A DNA stretch of 64,000 nucleotides from an uncultured delta proteobacterium (GTDB lineage: Bacteria; Desulfobacterota; Binatia; Binatales; Binataceae). The position numbers were made by a program, and so were the translations under genes. The notes under the pieces were generated by a model. That model ran no database searches, was not told the DNA's origin, and saw nothing but the letters and a program-made list of their open reading frames with translations. Location: NCBI GenBank assembly GCA_963711565.1, contig CAVQEQ010000004.1, positions 672,001 through 736,000 on the forward strand, written 5' to 3'. Below are positions 29,438-39,480 of this stretch, piece by piece; within the stretch, counting starts at the first letter, position 1, and every line of letters begins with the position of its first letter.

Positions 29438-30775
29438 TCAAGTTCCGGTTGAACCGAACTTCCAGATGAAATTGATGTTGAAGAAGTTAATATTCACGTC
29501 CGAGAAGCGACCGGCCACCGTACCCTGAATCGGGTTGGCGCTCTGGTGCAATCCCAGATCGCCTTGCCATTGAAATTCGTAAGCGGCGCCCAGGGTCATC
29601 GCCTTGTTAAGTACATACTGCGCACCCACACCATAGCGCCACTGATTTCCGAGCGGCGCGCTGACCGAGCGCGAGGGGCTGCTGACCATCGAGTTGTCGA
29701 AATCGAAACCGGTCGAGAGCATCAACAGATCAGACACCCTGATCTGCGTCCCTATCGCTACGTCAAAAGTGTCCTGATAGCGCAAGTTCGTAGTTGCGCT
29801 GTGCGGCTTTGCGGAGTTAATGCCGATTCCCAGGTTGCCGAACTGGCTCCAGTTCTGCCATCCCGCATTCGCCATCAGTGCGAACCGGTTGGTGAATTCA
29901 TGGTAAGCGCTGAACAGCAATGATTGCGGCACCGTCATATCCACGTCGAGACTGGCGCCATAAATTCCGTGCTTCTTGAACAAATGTACGAGACCAGGCC
30001 CGAGCCCGGAAAAGTGAGGCACGTCGCTGAAATCCAGGGATACCGGAGTCAGGTATTGAATTCCGAAGCGGGTCTTCGAGTCCGGCTCGACCATGACTCC
30101 TATGTCTCCGCCGATGCCGGCGGTCCAATCCCTTAGCGTCATTTGTGCGTCTTCGTTTCTGACCAGAAGAGTGTTGACGCCCACTCGTTCATTCAGATAT
30201 CCAACCATGATGTTGAAGCCGGCGCCTACGGACAGCCACTTGTTGATCCGATATGCAATCGTAGGCAGAAGGCTACTGCCAAGAATGGTGGCGCCTTGAA
30301 GGTAGTAACGTCCAACCCAGTTCTTGTTGTACTCGAGTGCGCCGCCAAAGTAAGTGACGCTCGCGATTCCCAGTTTGAGATCCGGCGTCAGGTTGTAAAC
30401 GAAGAACGCGCTCGCGCCGGGTAAGGGAACGATAGAGTTGCCACCGTCGGTTCCGCCAGTATTGGTTTGACTGTTAGGAGTGAATACTGAATGCGCGTAG
30501 ATGGGCTCAACGCCGACCATCAACTGCGTCTCGTCCAGCCGCGTCATTCCCGCGGGATTGGTGAACACCGTCGATGCGTCCTGCGCGCGGGCCGCGTAAC
30601 CGGCGGACGCCAGCCCCAGGTCGGGAGTTCCTATCTCGGATAGAAAAAAACCGCCCGCTCGTGCCGTGCTAGACCATACAATCGACGCGAGCAAAGAGAT
30701 TGTGATCGCCTGCAAAATGCCCTTGCGTAGCATCGGCCCAGCCCCCAACCGTACGCGCCTTGTCTCACTCGACAT
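29438..30775 (-). CDS. OmpP1/FadL/TodX family outer-membrane transporter
   Basis: Signal peptide, GGFFLSE, AQDASTVFTNPAGMTRL, C-terminal beta-signal ending WKF. Confidence 0.88.
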   Translation of the reverse strand: MSSETRRVRLGAGPMLRKGILQAITISLLASIVWSSTARAGGFFLSEIGTPDLGLASAGYAARAQDASTVFTNPAGMTRLDETQLMVGVEPIYAHSVFTPNSQTNTGGTDGGNSIVPLPGASAFFVYNLTPDLKLGIASVTYFGGALEYNKNWVGRYYLQGATILGSSLLPTIAYRINKWLSVGAGFNIMVGYLNERVGVNTLLVRNEDAQMTLRDWTAGIGGDIGVMVEPDSKTRFGIQYLTPVSLDFSDVPHFSGLGPGLVHLFKKHGIYGASLDVDMTVPQSLLFSAYHEFTNRFALMANAGWQNWSQFGNLGIGINSAKPHSATTNLRYQDTFDVAIGTQIRVSDLLMLSTGFDFDNSMVSSPSRSVSAPLGNQWRYGVGAQYVLNKAMTLGAAYEFQWQGDLGLHQSANPIQGTVAGRFSDVNINFFNINFIWKFGSTGT

Positions 30776-30854
30776 GGCTCTCACCCCTCCTAGACTACGA
30801 CATCGGCGAACAGCGGCATCCTTGTGCTATTGCCAGCCTACTACCCGGAGCACT

Positions 30855-31634
30855 TCATTTGGACATGAGTACTTTGCCGGTTGTGCTATCGATGTTGAAC
30901 AGCCAGAAGGCTGTCACGTCCTCCTCCAGGATCATCGCGACCATACCGACGCCCGGTGCAAAAAGGTTATAGCCGGTGTTCTGCGTATGAGCCGGTCCAA
31001 CTCTGCCTTCGCAGTGTACGCGGAATAGTACCGCCGGAAAGGTTCCAGCTGGCACCGTTACCTGGTACGTACCGACATATGTGTAGGTGCCGTTGAGCGA
31101 TCCTGAGTATCTCTGGTCGCTCGGGTCGTCCAGATAGTTCACCGAGACCTGCTGCGTGTAGCTACGGGTCTCTCCCGGTTGCATGCCCTTAGGGATGAAG
31201 GGATTGGCGGGAGTTGTGACGACTACCACGCCTTCGCCCGCGTCGGTGAGAGCGGCCATTATTATGTCGCCTTGCTCGGTCTCGCGCATAAAGCCCGCCA
31301 ACGAGGGGGTCATCTGAAACCGCCAAGCCTTCTTTCCGCCGGGGCGTCTGGCCTTCCAAAGCCCAAGCGTCTGGACGGTCCCGGCGTGAGGCCCCGCGAC
31401 GACCTGGAACTGCTGTGATTTCTGTTCAAGCGGGAAGTAAACGGACGGGTCGCTGATGGGGCTGCTAGGCAAAGGGGTACCGACTACTCCGGGCCCAAGC
31501 TGAGCGGTTATATTTTGCTGATCCTCGGGCGGCAAAGGCAGCACAACACCCTGAGCGCGCGCAGATCCTGAGGCAAGCAGCAGAAGGCTCAGCGTTGCAG
31601 TCAGAATTGTTCGCATTGCGATTCGATTTTCCAT
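30855..31634 (-). CDS. Secreted hypothetical protein (VTVPAGTF / APGVG beta-rich, DUF3108-like)
   Basis: Signal peptide, YQVTVPAGTFPA and FAPGVGMV motifs. Confidence 0.65.
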   Translation of the reverse strand: MENRIAMRTILTATLSLLLLASGSARAQGVVLPLPPEDQQNITAQLGPGVVGTPLPSSPISDPSVYFPLEQKSQQFQVVAGPHAGTVQTLGLWKARRPGGKKAWRFQMTPSLAGFMRETEQGDIIMAALTDAGEGVVVVTTPANPFIPKGMQPGETRSYTQQVSVNYLDDPSDQRYSGSLNGTYTYVGTYQVTVPAGTFPAVLFRVHCEGRVGPAHTQNTGYNLFAPGVGMVAMILEEDVTAFWLFNIDSTTGKVLMSK

Positions 31635-31644
31635 TACTTTCCCC

Positions 31645-31802
31645 TAGCAGGCTGTTGAAAAGTAATTTTCAACGCCCGCTCCCTCTCTCTTGTCTCCCCC
31701 AAAGGGGGAGATGTTGTAGGTAAGAAGACATCTTCTACGCAGAGTGTTGAAGCGCTTGAAATCAAATCCACGAGTTGCATCGAGTTCTTCAACACCCTGC
31801 TA
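31645..31802. mobile_element. MITE / non-autonomous IS remnant, 158 bp
   Basis: Terminal inverted repeats TAGCAGGCTGTTGAAAA and TTCTTCAACACCCTGCTA. No transposase ORF. Internal hairpins. Confidence 0.75.
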
Positions 31803-32366
31803 CGGCGTCTGATCCTGAATTACGATGTTGATGCGGCGATTCTGCGCGCGCCCTGACGGGCTGTCGTTCGACGCGACCGGATGATACTTGCCGAATGCGA
31901 CGGCGGACAGTCCGTTCGGATCAAGCCCTTGCTCCTCCAGATAGCTCACGACCGAGATTGCGCGGGCGGCAGACAGGTACCAGTTGTTCGGAAATCGACT
32001 CTTCAAGGGCTCCAGGACGACTTCGTTGTCCGTATAGCCTTCGATCACAATCTGTTTTCCGGCAACACCTTGAAGAGTAGGAACGATCTTGTTCAGCTCT
32101 CGTTTTCCGTTCTCACTTAGTTCCCAACCACCTTCCGGGAACAGAATTGCATTGACCATAGTCACCTGCAACCGATTCTGCAGCTGCTTGACTTCCACCT
32201 GGTCGGCGCTCACTTCGGCCTGCAGATTCTGGTTGAGTTGCTTGTAGGTGTTGTCCATGTAGGTCAAGTGTTGTACCTGCTGGACTTCCTGGTTGTACTG
32301 TTGCTGCGGCACACAGCCTGCCACGAGCAGTAGAGCCAGCAGTGCGACGAGTTTTCTGTCCCTCAT
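31800..32366 (-). CDS. OmpA/MotB-like peptidoglycan-binding lipoprotein
   Basis: Lipobox VAGC, IEGYTDN, NWYLSAARA, GRAQNRRINI. Confidence 0.88.
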   Translation of the reverse strand: MRDRKLVALLALLLVAGCVPQQQYNQEVQQVQHLTYMDNTYKQLNQNLQAEVSADQVEVKQLQNRLQVTMVNAILFPEGGWELSENGKRELNKIVPTLQGVAGKQIVIEGYTDNEVVLEPLKSRFPNNWYLSAARAISVVSYLEEQGLDPNGLSAVAFGKYHPVASNDSPSGRAQNRRINIVIQDQTP

Positions 32367-32466
32367 TTGATCCTCGATTCAGAAAGTTGATAGCTTCTAA
32401 TTATCGTCACGCGGTCCGGGCGACGCGCGGCCTATGATAGGCCGCCCGTCCAAGTTGCCAGTTGAG

Positions 32467-34146
32467 CTATTCGCCTTCGTGCTGCTTGATCGCTTCGTCG
32501 ATCTTGGTCTTTATCGCCGACAGGTTGAAAGACGCGGGCGCTTGCATAGGAGGATAGTCGATCGCGGTCATCGCGAGCTTGCCCACGTATTGTTGCACCA
32601 TCACGAAACGCCAGAATTCACGCGCATAGAAATCGTTCAAGTAGCCTCCACCCATATCGTTCGTGGTTTCACCCCGGACAGCCGGCGTGCGCTCGAACGG
32701 GTCTTGCCGGAGGTTTACGATGGTAGGCATGTCGGTTGAAACCTTCTCGCCTGGCCAGCCGTATGGCTGCTGGTAGAACTGGTACTTGAAGTCATCGATG
32801 CGGACGGCGCCCAGTTGTGCGCCGCCGAAATAGAAAATCTCGTGGCGTTTGGACGGCCCTGTGCCGTTCAGCAGAGCGAGCTGGTTGTAGCCGTCGAGGT
32901 GATTCTTGTATTCACGATCGCCGAGGGTCACTCCCGTCAAGAGCTGCTTGGTAATGTCGGGATTGCCGGCAGCCGCAGCGAGCGTGGGCAGCCAATCGAG
33001 CCCGGAGAAGATGCCGTTCTCGACCGCGCCAGGCTTGACGTGTCCCGGCCAACGGACAATCGCAGGAACGCGGAAGCCACCCTCAAAAACAGTGCCCTTG
33101 GTGGCTCGGAAGGGCGTCATGCCGCCGTCCGGCCAGGTGAAGACTTCGGCACCGTTGTCGGTGGTGAAAATCACGATGGTATTGTCAGCCTCGCCGATGT
33201 CTTCGATATGCTTCAGGATCTCGCCGACGCTATCATCCATCTGCGCCATGCCGGCTTCTTCTACATTGTAGTTATCCTTTGCGTCCATGATGGCCTGGTA
33301 CTTCGGCGGCAGGTAGGTAAAGACGTGCATGCGGGTGGTGTTATGCCAGATGAAGAACGGCTTGCCGTCGCTCTTGGCCTTGTCCATGAAGCGGTTGGTG
33401 TTCTGGACTAGCACGTCGTCGAAAGTTTCCATGTCGTACTTGGCTTTGCGACCTTCCTGCCAGTTCTGCATGTCCTTCATATTGGGAAATGGGGCCAAAG
33501 GTCCCTCATCCACGATCTTCTGTTTGCCGACCTTGCCCCAGCGCGGCATAACGGTTGCGTCATCAGTCTCGGACGCCCAGCAGTGCGTTAGGTTGCGCGG
33601 TCCAGTCTTGTCTATCCATTCCTGCGGATAGTCGAACCAATACGGATCAGACATCGCGTCGAGGTGGTACAAGTAGCCGAAGAATTCGTCAAAGCCGTGT
33701 ACGCATGGCAGGTACTTGTTCAGATCTCCGAGATGGTTTTTCCCGAACTGGGCAGTTTCGTAGCCCTGCGCCTTTAGAACGGTGGCGAGTGTGACGGCTC
33801 GATCCGGCAATCCTACGTCCGCCCCGGCCTGCCCAACAGTCGTTAAGCCCGTCCTGATAGGCAGCTCGCCAGTAATGAAGTTGGCGCGCCCAGCCGTGCA
33901 GCTTGCTTCGGCGTAGTAATCGGTAAACATCATGCCCTGGGAGGCAAGCTTGTCGAGGTTAGGCGTCTTCCCCGACATGATTCCACGATGATAGGCCCCG
34001 ATGTTAAACCAACCAACGTCATCGCCCATGATGACTACGATGTTGGGTTTCTTGTCCTGAGCCCAGGCCGAGTGTGCAGCCGACAAGCCGACTATCGCGC
34101 CTACAATTAGTGCGGTCGCGAAATATTTAGTGTTGCAAACACGCAT
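32467..34146 (-). CDS. Arylsulfatase (periplasmic)
   Basis: KPNIVVIMGDDVG, SCTAGRANFITG, GKNHLGD, FTTDNG, EGGFRVP. Confidence 0.92.
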   Translation of the reverse strand: MRVCNTKYFATALIVGAIVGLSAAHSAWAQDKKPNIVVIMGDDVGWFNIGAYHRGIMSGKTPNLDKLASQGMMFTDYYAEASCTAGRANFITGELPIRTGLTTVGQAGADVGLPDRAVTLATVLKAQGYETAQFGKNHLGDLNKYLPCVHGFDEFFGYLYHLDAMSDPYWFDYPQEWIDKTGPRNLTHCWASETDDATVMPRWGKVGKQKIVDEGPLAPFPNMKDMQNWQEGRKAKYDMETFDDVLVQNTNRFMDKAKSDGKPFFIWHNTTRMHVFTYLPPKYQAIMDAKDNYNVEEAGMAQMDDSVGEILKHIEDIGEADNTIVIFTTDNGAEVFTWPDGGMTPFRATKGTVFEGGFRVPAIVRWPGHVKPGAVENGIFSGLDWLPTLAAAAGNPDITKQLLTGVTLGDREYKNHLDGYNQLALLNGTGPSKRHEIFYFGGAQLGAVRIDDFKYQFYQQPYGWPGEKVSTDMPTIVNLRQDPFERTPAVRGETTNDMGGGYLNDFYAREFWRFVMVQQYVGKLAMTAIDYPPMQAPASFNLSAIKTKIDEAIKQHEGE

Positions 34147-34194
34147 AGAATGCTCCGTATGTTGTGGGCTCCCGGGGCCCTTTAAAGAACAATC

Positions 34195-34941
34195 CTAGCT
34201 CTGCGTTGCCTTTCCCTGCAGTTGCAGGATGCGATTTGGAATTTTCTGCGACCAGTAGTCCATCGCGTTCTGCGCGTCGCCCCATTGGAATGAAGCTGCG
34301 CTCTTGATACCCATGCCACCGGCGCGCTGATCGACTGCTTCGGCTAGCAGTTGGCCAGTGACGGAGTCAGTCAGCTTCATTTCGGCTTCGGCCGATCCTA
34401 CAAACGCGTAGCTGTCAGTCGCCATCGACTGAGCAAGGTTGAGCACGCGGGCTTGCGGAACAATTACCGAGATAGTGCGCAGGCCAGGAACCGCAGTCGT
34501 CGCGTCCATCAGCGCCACCCGCAAGGTCATCACGCCGGGACCCGGCTGATCGACAAGGGTGAAGCTCTTGGACAGGTTGGTCTGGAGTTGGTTGTAGAAG
34601 TATTCGGTCAGCGTAGCCTGGTCTGCTGCCGATACTTTCGAATCGGCGGCGGCCCAGAACTCAACCGGCATCAGCTGTATCTTGGTATAGCTGCTCCATT
34701 GAGCGTTTGGATTAATCCACGCTAGCGCGGCGCCACCCTCCGGGCCGGGCGCCAACCTCGACGCATCAGGACCGAGAAATCCCGTGACTGCACTGGGCAG
34801 CGGTCCCCCCGATTCCACTGCTTGTGCAGCCGCCGGCGCGCTCGCAACCGTCGTCGAGCATCCCGAGGTGAACAGCGCTGCAGCCAAACCTGCCGCGGCG
34901 AGGCCGGTTACCATCTTCTGTGCCAAATTTTTGGTGATCAT
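34195..34941 (-). CDS. DUF3313 family lipoprotein
   Basis: Lipobox TSGC, GFLG, PGPGVMTLRVALMD, EMKLTDSVTGQLLAEAVDQRAG. Confidence 0.8.
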   Translation of the reverse strand: MITKNLAQKMVTGLAAAGLAAALFTSGCSTTVASAPAAAQAVESGGPLPSAVTGFLGPDASRLAPGPEGGAALAWINPNAQWSSYTKIQLMPVEFWAAADSKVSAADQATLTEYFYNQLQTNLSKSFTLVDQPGPGVMTLRVALMDATTAVPGLRTISVIVPQARVLNLAQSMATDSYAFVGSAEAEMKLTDSVTGQLLAEAVDQRAGGMGIKSAASFQWGDAQNAMDYWSQKIPNRILQLQGKATQS

Positions 34942-35005
34942 TCATTTCCTCCGTAATCTTGGCTCTTGCCAGTTCAATAAGTTTCCGAAACCAAAATCTC
35001 ACGCT

Positions 35006-36367
35006 CTATTGCTGTGCAGACTGGACATTCCAGCCCTTGTCACCCAGTTGCTGACGCGCGAGTGGCGTCATTCCGCCGGTGATCAAAAGAACTCGGTTCT
35101 GCATTCCCAGCAATTGGGGATCAGTCGCAAATCCCGCGATGCGCTGGGTCCATGACAGGTAATCGACTGGGGCCGGCAGTATAGTGGCTCCGTTCTGATC
35201 GTTTGCAACCAGCACTCCCGGAGCCTGAATCGCCGCGATAGGAGCTTGCCGCTGGCCCCATTGATTAAGCATGTGCAACGAAGTGACGAGAAACCGCGCC
35301 TGGTATTCGGTCATTACGTTGCCAATAGCGACAGCCGCCGCGTGACGCCCCGGGATGTGGCCGAGCGCCTCGAGCTCTTTGACCGCGTCAACTTGCACAC
35401 TCAGCGGAATCGCGGTGTTGGTGCTGAAGGTTACTATCTCTTCCTGCGATAGACCAAAACTCTTCAGCTTCTTTTGAACAAGGATGATGAGGTCTGCTCT
35501 CGGTGTCTGATAGACGAGGTCGTTGGTGACTGTGACGGCGGTGATAATTATTGAACCCGGCACTGCCATCATGGCCGCAGACACCGTCATGCGGGCTGAG
35601 AACATGACCCATGCAACGTGGTTCAGCTTCTTGGTGAGAATCGGATCGGAGCTGTACGGATCGACGTGCAGCTCATGCGCGAGCTGGCGACGCACCTGGT
35701 CATAGCCCAGTGCGGTGAGGGTAGCATTGCCGGCCTGACCGGCGGCTTTGCCGCTGCCAAAGGAATTCGCAGCCGACGAAGCTATTTGTCCGGCGCCGAG
35801 ACTTACTCGGCCAAACAAATCTCCAACTCCACCCGGCAGCCCGGTAACCGTATCCATCGGATGCATTACCATGTTCGCAGCGGCATTCACGGGACGTAAG
35901 GCGCTGCTGGCCAGTGCCTGGGCGAACACGCTGCTATTACTCATACCATCGAGCTGAACGATCGCCGGAATCTCGGATAGGCGTATCTTCAGCATATCGA
36001 GGCTTTCGACGTAGTAAGTACCGGCGTCGTCATGAAAGACACTCGGGTCGGCCACGATGGTGTATTGACCCATTGCGCCATTGGTGGGCGCCTGTGGTTG
36101 AACCGAAAATCCTTGCCCCGAGAGAGGAGTACCGGGCATCAAGTCGGCCACATTGACGATCGGCGGCTCTTCGTACTGTCCTCCGACGGCTATTTGCGGC
36201 GGTTGTACGCTCGCCATCGGCGGAGGCGGCGCCTGTCCGATCGGTGCCTGCACGGCTTGGTTGGGCGCAGGAGGAGTTGTCTGAGAGCAACTCACCAGCA
36301 AAAGTCCGGCGAGTAGAACAGATAGCAAGCTCGATGCGCCCTTCATACTTCTGTAGTTCAGATTCAT
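35006..36367 (-). CDS. Hypothetical lipoprotein
   Basis: Lipobox LVSC, Pro-rich linker, RQLAHELHVDPYSSDP motif. Confidence 0.75.
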   Translation of the reverse strand: MNLNYRSMKGASSLLSVLLAGLLLVSCSQTTPPAPNQAVQAPIGQAPPPPMASVQPPQIAVGGQYEEPPIVNVADLMPGTPLSGQGFSVQPQAPTNGAMGQYTIVADPSVFHDDAGTYYVESLDMLKIRLSEIPAIVQLDGMSNSSVFAQALASSALRPVNAAANMVMHPMDTVTGLPGGVGDLFGRVSLGAGQIASSAANSFGSGKAAGQAGNATLTALGYDQVRRQLAHELHVDPYSSDPILTKKLNHVAWVMFSARMTVSAAMMAVPGSIIITAVTVTNDLVYQTPRADLIILVQKKLKSFGLSQEEIVTFSTNTAIPLSVQVDAVKELEALGHIPGRHAAAVAIGNVMTEYQARFLVTSLHMLNQWGQRQAPIAAIQAPGVLVANDQNGATILPAPVDYLSWTQRIAGFATDPQLLGMQNRVLLITGGMTPLARQQLGDKGWNVQSAQQ

Positions 36368-36540
36368 TCTCTCCTCAGAGTGCTTCTTTTCACTGCCGCG
36401 TTTCTGAATCGGCGCGCTTGCAGTTCTACGCCAGCGGCTGTCGCCTCCGGTCTGTTTTGTAACCCACCGCCGCGAACGACGTATGACATTTCGGCTTTCA
36501 CTGGCTCGCCCAAGATTCGTCCATTTCTCCGGGGAGCGAT

Positions 36541-36558
36541 ATTGTACTTTGGTACAAT
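36541..36558. promoter_or_regulatory. Palindromic box, copy 2 (ATTGTAC-TTTG-GTACAAT)
   Basis: Perfect 7-bp arms, identical to 46301. Lies in a divergent promoter region. Confidence 0.75.
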
Positions 36559-36578
36559 AGCCGGGCGGAGCGCGTGCG

Positions 36579-37043
36579 ATGCACAGTGTTGTTGCAAAGA
36601 ACCGTGCGGCTGACGGGCGATCCGTTCACGCACGGAGGCGGTATCGTCAGTTGTGGAAAAAACCGGCGGCCACAGTGATTGTGGTAGATGATGACGCGTC
36701 CGTCCGCCGGGCGCTGCGAAGCCAATTGCAGATTATAGGATTCAACGTACTGGACTTTGAAAGCGCGGAAGAGTTCCTGGCGAGCGAAGTTCCAACTGAC
36801 GACGCATGTTTGTTGCTGGACGTTTACATGCCGGCGATGACGGGGATCGAACTATGCCGGAAATTAACGGAGTCAGGACGGCGCCTGCCGACTATTCTGA
36901 TCAGCGGCCGTGACGATCCGCAGACCAGGAAAATGATGCACGCGGCGAACCCGATCGCGAGCTTGCTCAAGCCGTTCGACGAAAAAACCCTTCTGCGGGC
37001 TATTAGGAAGGCGCTACCCAATCAGATGAAATTGCCGCATTAA
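36579..37043 (+). CDS. Stand-alone response regulator receiver (FixJ-associated type), start uncertain
   Basis: VVDDD, SAEEFL, CLLLDVYMP, ISG, LLKPF. Confidence 0.88.
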   Translation: MHSVVAKNRAADGRSVHARRRYRQLWKKPAATVIVVDDDASVRRALRSQLQIIGFNVLDFESAEEFLASEVPTDDACLLLDVYMPAMTGIELCRKLTESGRRLPTILISGRDDPQTRKMMHAANPIASLLKPFDEKTLLRAIRKALPNQMKLPH

Positions 37044-37252
37044 GTGCCATCGGCGGCGCTATAGTGGCAAACAGTCCATTCATTAAATCCCGGTGAACCC
37101 CGATTTGCCGGTCTCCCTCAGCGATTTGCTCTCGCTTTCTTGTGAATCCATATTGTATGGTTTCGTGCCGAGAGGATCAGTTCCGCCGCCGCTAGAATTT
37201 CCCTATCCCGGTCCGGATCCCAGACAGGGCACGGTTTCCGCTTTTCGCGTAT

Positions 37253-38599
37253 ATGCAACGTCGAGCCACCAGTGCCACAATCGAGCCAAAGCGCGACAGA
37301 ACGGCGCGCGTCGGCCGCGAACGTCGGGAGGCTGCGCGCTTCGAATCACTTGTCGGCGAACTATCGGCGGCGATGGCCCGAGTGCCAGCCGAGGAAGTCG
37401 ATGTCGAAATCGAGCGATGGTTGGGGAAGATCTGCTTGGCCCTGGACCTGGACCGGAGCGCCGTCTACGAGCGCGATTCGCCGGACGATCCGGTACGTGC
37501 AACGCATACCTGGGTTAGACCGAATTTTCCCGCCTTTCCACGAAACTATGATCCGGAGAAGCTCCTTCAGCGAAGTACCCAGTTGGTCATGTCGGGAAAA
37601 ATGCTTGTGTTCGCACGTCCAAGTGAGATTCCAGCTGAAAACAGAGATACAAGGCGCTTTGTAGAGCGATACGGACCCAAGGCTTCCGCGGCGATCCCGA
37701 TGTGGGCCGGTGGCAAAGTCATCGGAGCGGCGACTTTCGGCAAGTTTCGATCAGCTCGGAAATGGCCGCTTGAGGTGCTCGATAACCTCGCGCTGGCGGC
37801 GCGACTGTTCGGAAGCGCGATCGAGCGCAAGCAAGCCGAGATTGCAATCGGGGCGGTTCGCAGTGAGCTCAGGTTCGCTTCGCGGCGCAATTTGATGAGC
37901 GAACTGGTCGCTTCGCTGTCGCATGAAATCAACCAGCCGCTGGGCGCGATTTTGAGCAACCTCGGCGGTCTCGCGCGCTTGCTTGCCCGGGGAAATCCGG
38001 AGCCCGCGATGGCTCTGGAAGCAGTCAACAACGCAGTTGAAGACACCAAGCGCACGGCTGAAATCGTCCGCCGAATCCGCTTCATGTTCAAGCGACACGT
38101 CGAGCACAAGACCGCGATTGGCATCGGCGGATTGATCGACGAAGTGGTTAAGTTGACTGCCGGCGAGGCTTCCGTCCGGAAGATCGCCGTGCAGGTCGAG
38201 ATCTCGCCCCCTGGTCAGCGGGTTACTGGCGACTCGATCCAGCTGCAGCAGTGCGTGTTAAATCTCGTGATGAACGCATTCGATGCGATCACAGAGGCCG
38301 GGCCTGCTCGACGCGACGTGGCAATCAAGGTGGCTCCGGAAAAGATCGGATGGGTCGGGGTGAGCATATGCGATAGCGGCACCGGAATTGCCCCTGCCGT
38401 CGCGAAACGTCTGTTCGAGCCGTTCGTTACGACCAAGAGCGAAGGAATGGGATTGGGCCTGCTCGTGACCCGATCGATAGTGGAGAGCCACGGCGGCAGA
38501 ATCTGGGCATCGCCGAATCCCGACCAGGGGACCACGTTTACGTTCACGCTCCCGGTCGCACAGACGAAACGAGCTGGTGCATCGAGACGCATCGGCTGA
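37253..38599 (+). CDS. Cytoplasmic GAF-domain sensor histidine kinase
   Basis: GAF-like N-terminus, SLSHEINQPL H-box, NLVMNA, DSGTG, FEPFVTTK, GMGLGL. No TM. Confidence 0.9.
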   Translation: MQRRATSATIEPKRDRTARVGRERREAARFESLVGELSAAMARVPAEEVDVEIERWLGKICLALDLDRSAVYERDSPDDPVRATHTWVRPNFPAFPRNYDPEKLLQRSTQLVMSGKMLVFARPSEIPAENRDTRRFVERYGPKASAAIPMWAGGKVIGAATFGKFRSARKWPLEVLDNLALAARLFGSAIERKQAEIAIGAVRSELRFASRRNLMSELVASLSHEINQPLGAILSNLGGLARLLARGNPEPAMALEAVNNAVEDTKRTAEIVRRIRFMFKRHVEHKTAIGIGGLIDEVVKLTAGEASVRKIAVQVEISPPGQRVTGDSIQLQQCVLNLVMNAFDAITEAGPARRDVAIKVAPEKIGWVGVSICDSGTGIAPAVAKRLFEPFVTTKSEGMGLGLLVTRSIVESHGGRIWASPNPDQGTTFTFTLPVAQTKRAGASRRIG

Positions 38600-38649
38600 A
38601 CGTATCGTACAGGGGGTCATCAACCCCGGTGTCTGTTTCGTTGAGGCGT

Positions 38650-39339
38650 TCAGTTGGAGTGAATCTGGAGGATCCCGGCCATTCGCACCAGGTCGGCCAG
38701 CGAGCTGGCGCGCATTTTGTTCATTACGCTTGCGCGATGCGCCTTCACGGTTCGTTCGGTTGTTCCCAGTTCAGCGGCGACTTGCTTGTTCAACAAGCCG
38801 GAGATTATCAGTGCGAAGACTTCGCGTTCGCGAGAGGTCAGGGAGCGTTGCAGCGCTTCAAGTTCGATGAGCTGCGACCGCTCGGCGCGCCGTTTGCGCG
38901 AAAGATCGGCGCCTCGGGCGATGGAACTCAGCAGGGCTTGATCGTCAACCGGCTTTTCGAGGAAATCCACTGCCCCTTTTCTCATTGCGTGCATCCCGAG
39001 AGACAGATCGCCGCGACCGGTGATGAAAACGATAGACGCGTACGGAATGGTGCGGTTGAGTTCCTCCTGAAGCTGGAGCCCGTTCATCTTCGGCAGATAA
39101 ACGTCCGCCACGACGCAATCGAATTCTTTTGCATCGGGAGCCTCGAGAAGTTCCTCGGCCGATGTGTAAGCGGTGACCTCAAAGCCAGCGGTGCTGAGTT
39201 GGAACGACAGGGCCTGCCGCGCGCTCTCGTCGTCCTCGATAATGGCGACCCTGATCTGTTTAGTGGTCGGATCGGTGATGTCCCCGACATCTTCCGATCT
39301 TCCAATTTGAGGTCCAACGCGAGTCCTGGCGATCGGCAC
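38650..39339 (-). CDS. FixJ/NodW/TodT-like response regulator (REC plus LuxR HTH)
   Basis: IIEDD, ADVYLP, FITGRGD, AMRKGAVDFLEKP, LTSREREV..GLLNKQVAAELG..VKAHR. Confidence 0.92.
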   Translation of the reverse strand: MPIARTRVGPQIGRSEDVGDITDPTTKQIRVAIIEDDESARQALSFQLSTAGFEVTAYTSAEELLEAPDAKEFDCVVADVYLPKMNGLQLQEELNRTIPYASIVFITGRGDLSLGMHAMRKGAVDFLEKPVDDQALLSSIARGADLSRKRRAERSQLIELEALQRSLTSREREVFALIISGLLNKQVAAELGTTERTVKAHRASVMNKMRASSLADLVRMAGILQIHSN

Positions 39340-39409
39340 TATTCTTCCTCCCCAAACACTTCCCGATGAGATCTGACGAATTAGTCCAAATCGTTGACGG
39401 AATCGAGCA

Positions 39410-39427
39410 ATTGGACTTTGGTCACAT
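39410..39427. promoter_or_regulatory. Palindromic box, copy 3 (ATTGGAC-TTTG-GTCACAT, imperfect)
   Basis: Lies between the divergent regulator and cytochrome genes. Extra half-site GTCCAA at about 39384. Confidence 0.55.
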
Positions 39428-39480
39428 ATTAAATTCGATCACTGGCCACGGCCCAGAAGATTATTCTGAAGAGTTGAAGG

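Noticed and set aside
31800-32366. Flagellar stator MotB
   Set aside because: It has a lipoprotein signal instead of the MotB TM helix with the conserved Asp, and no motA lies nearby.
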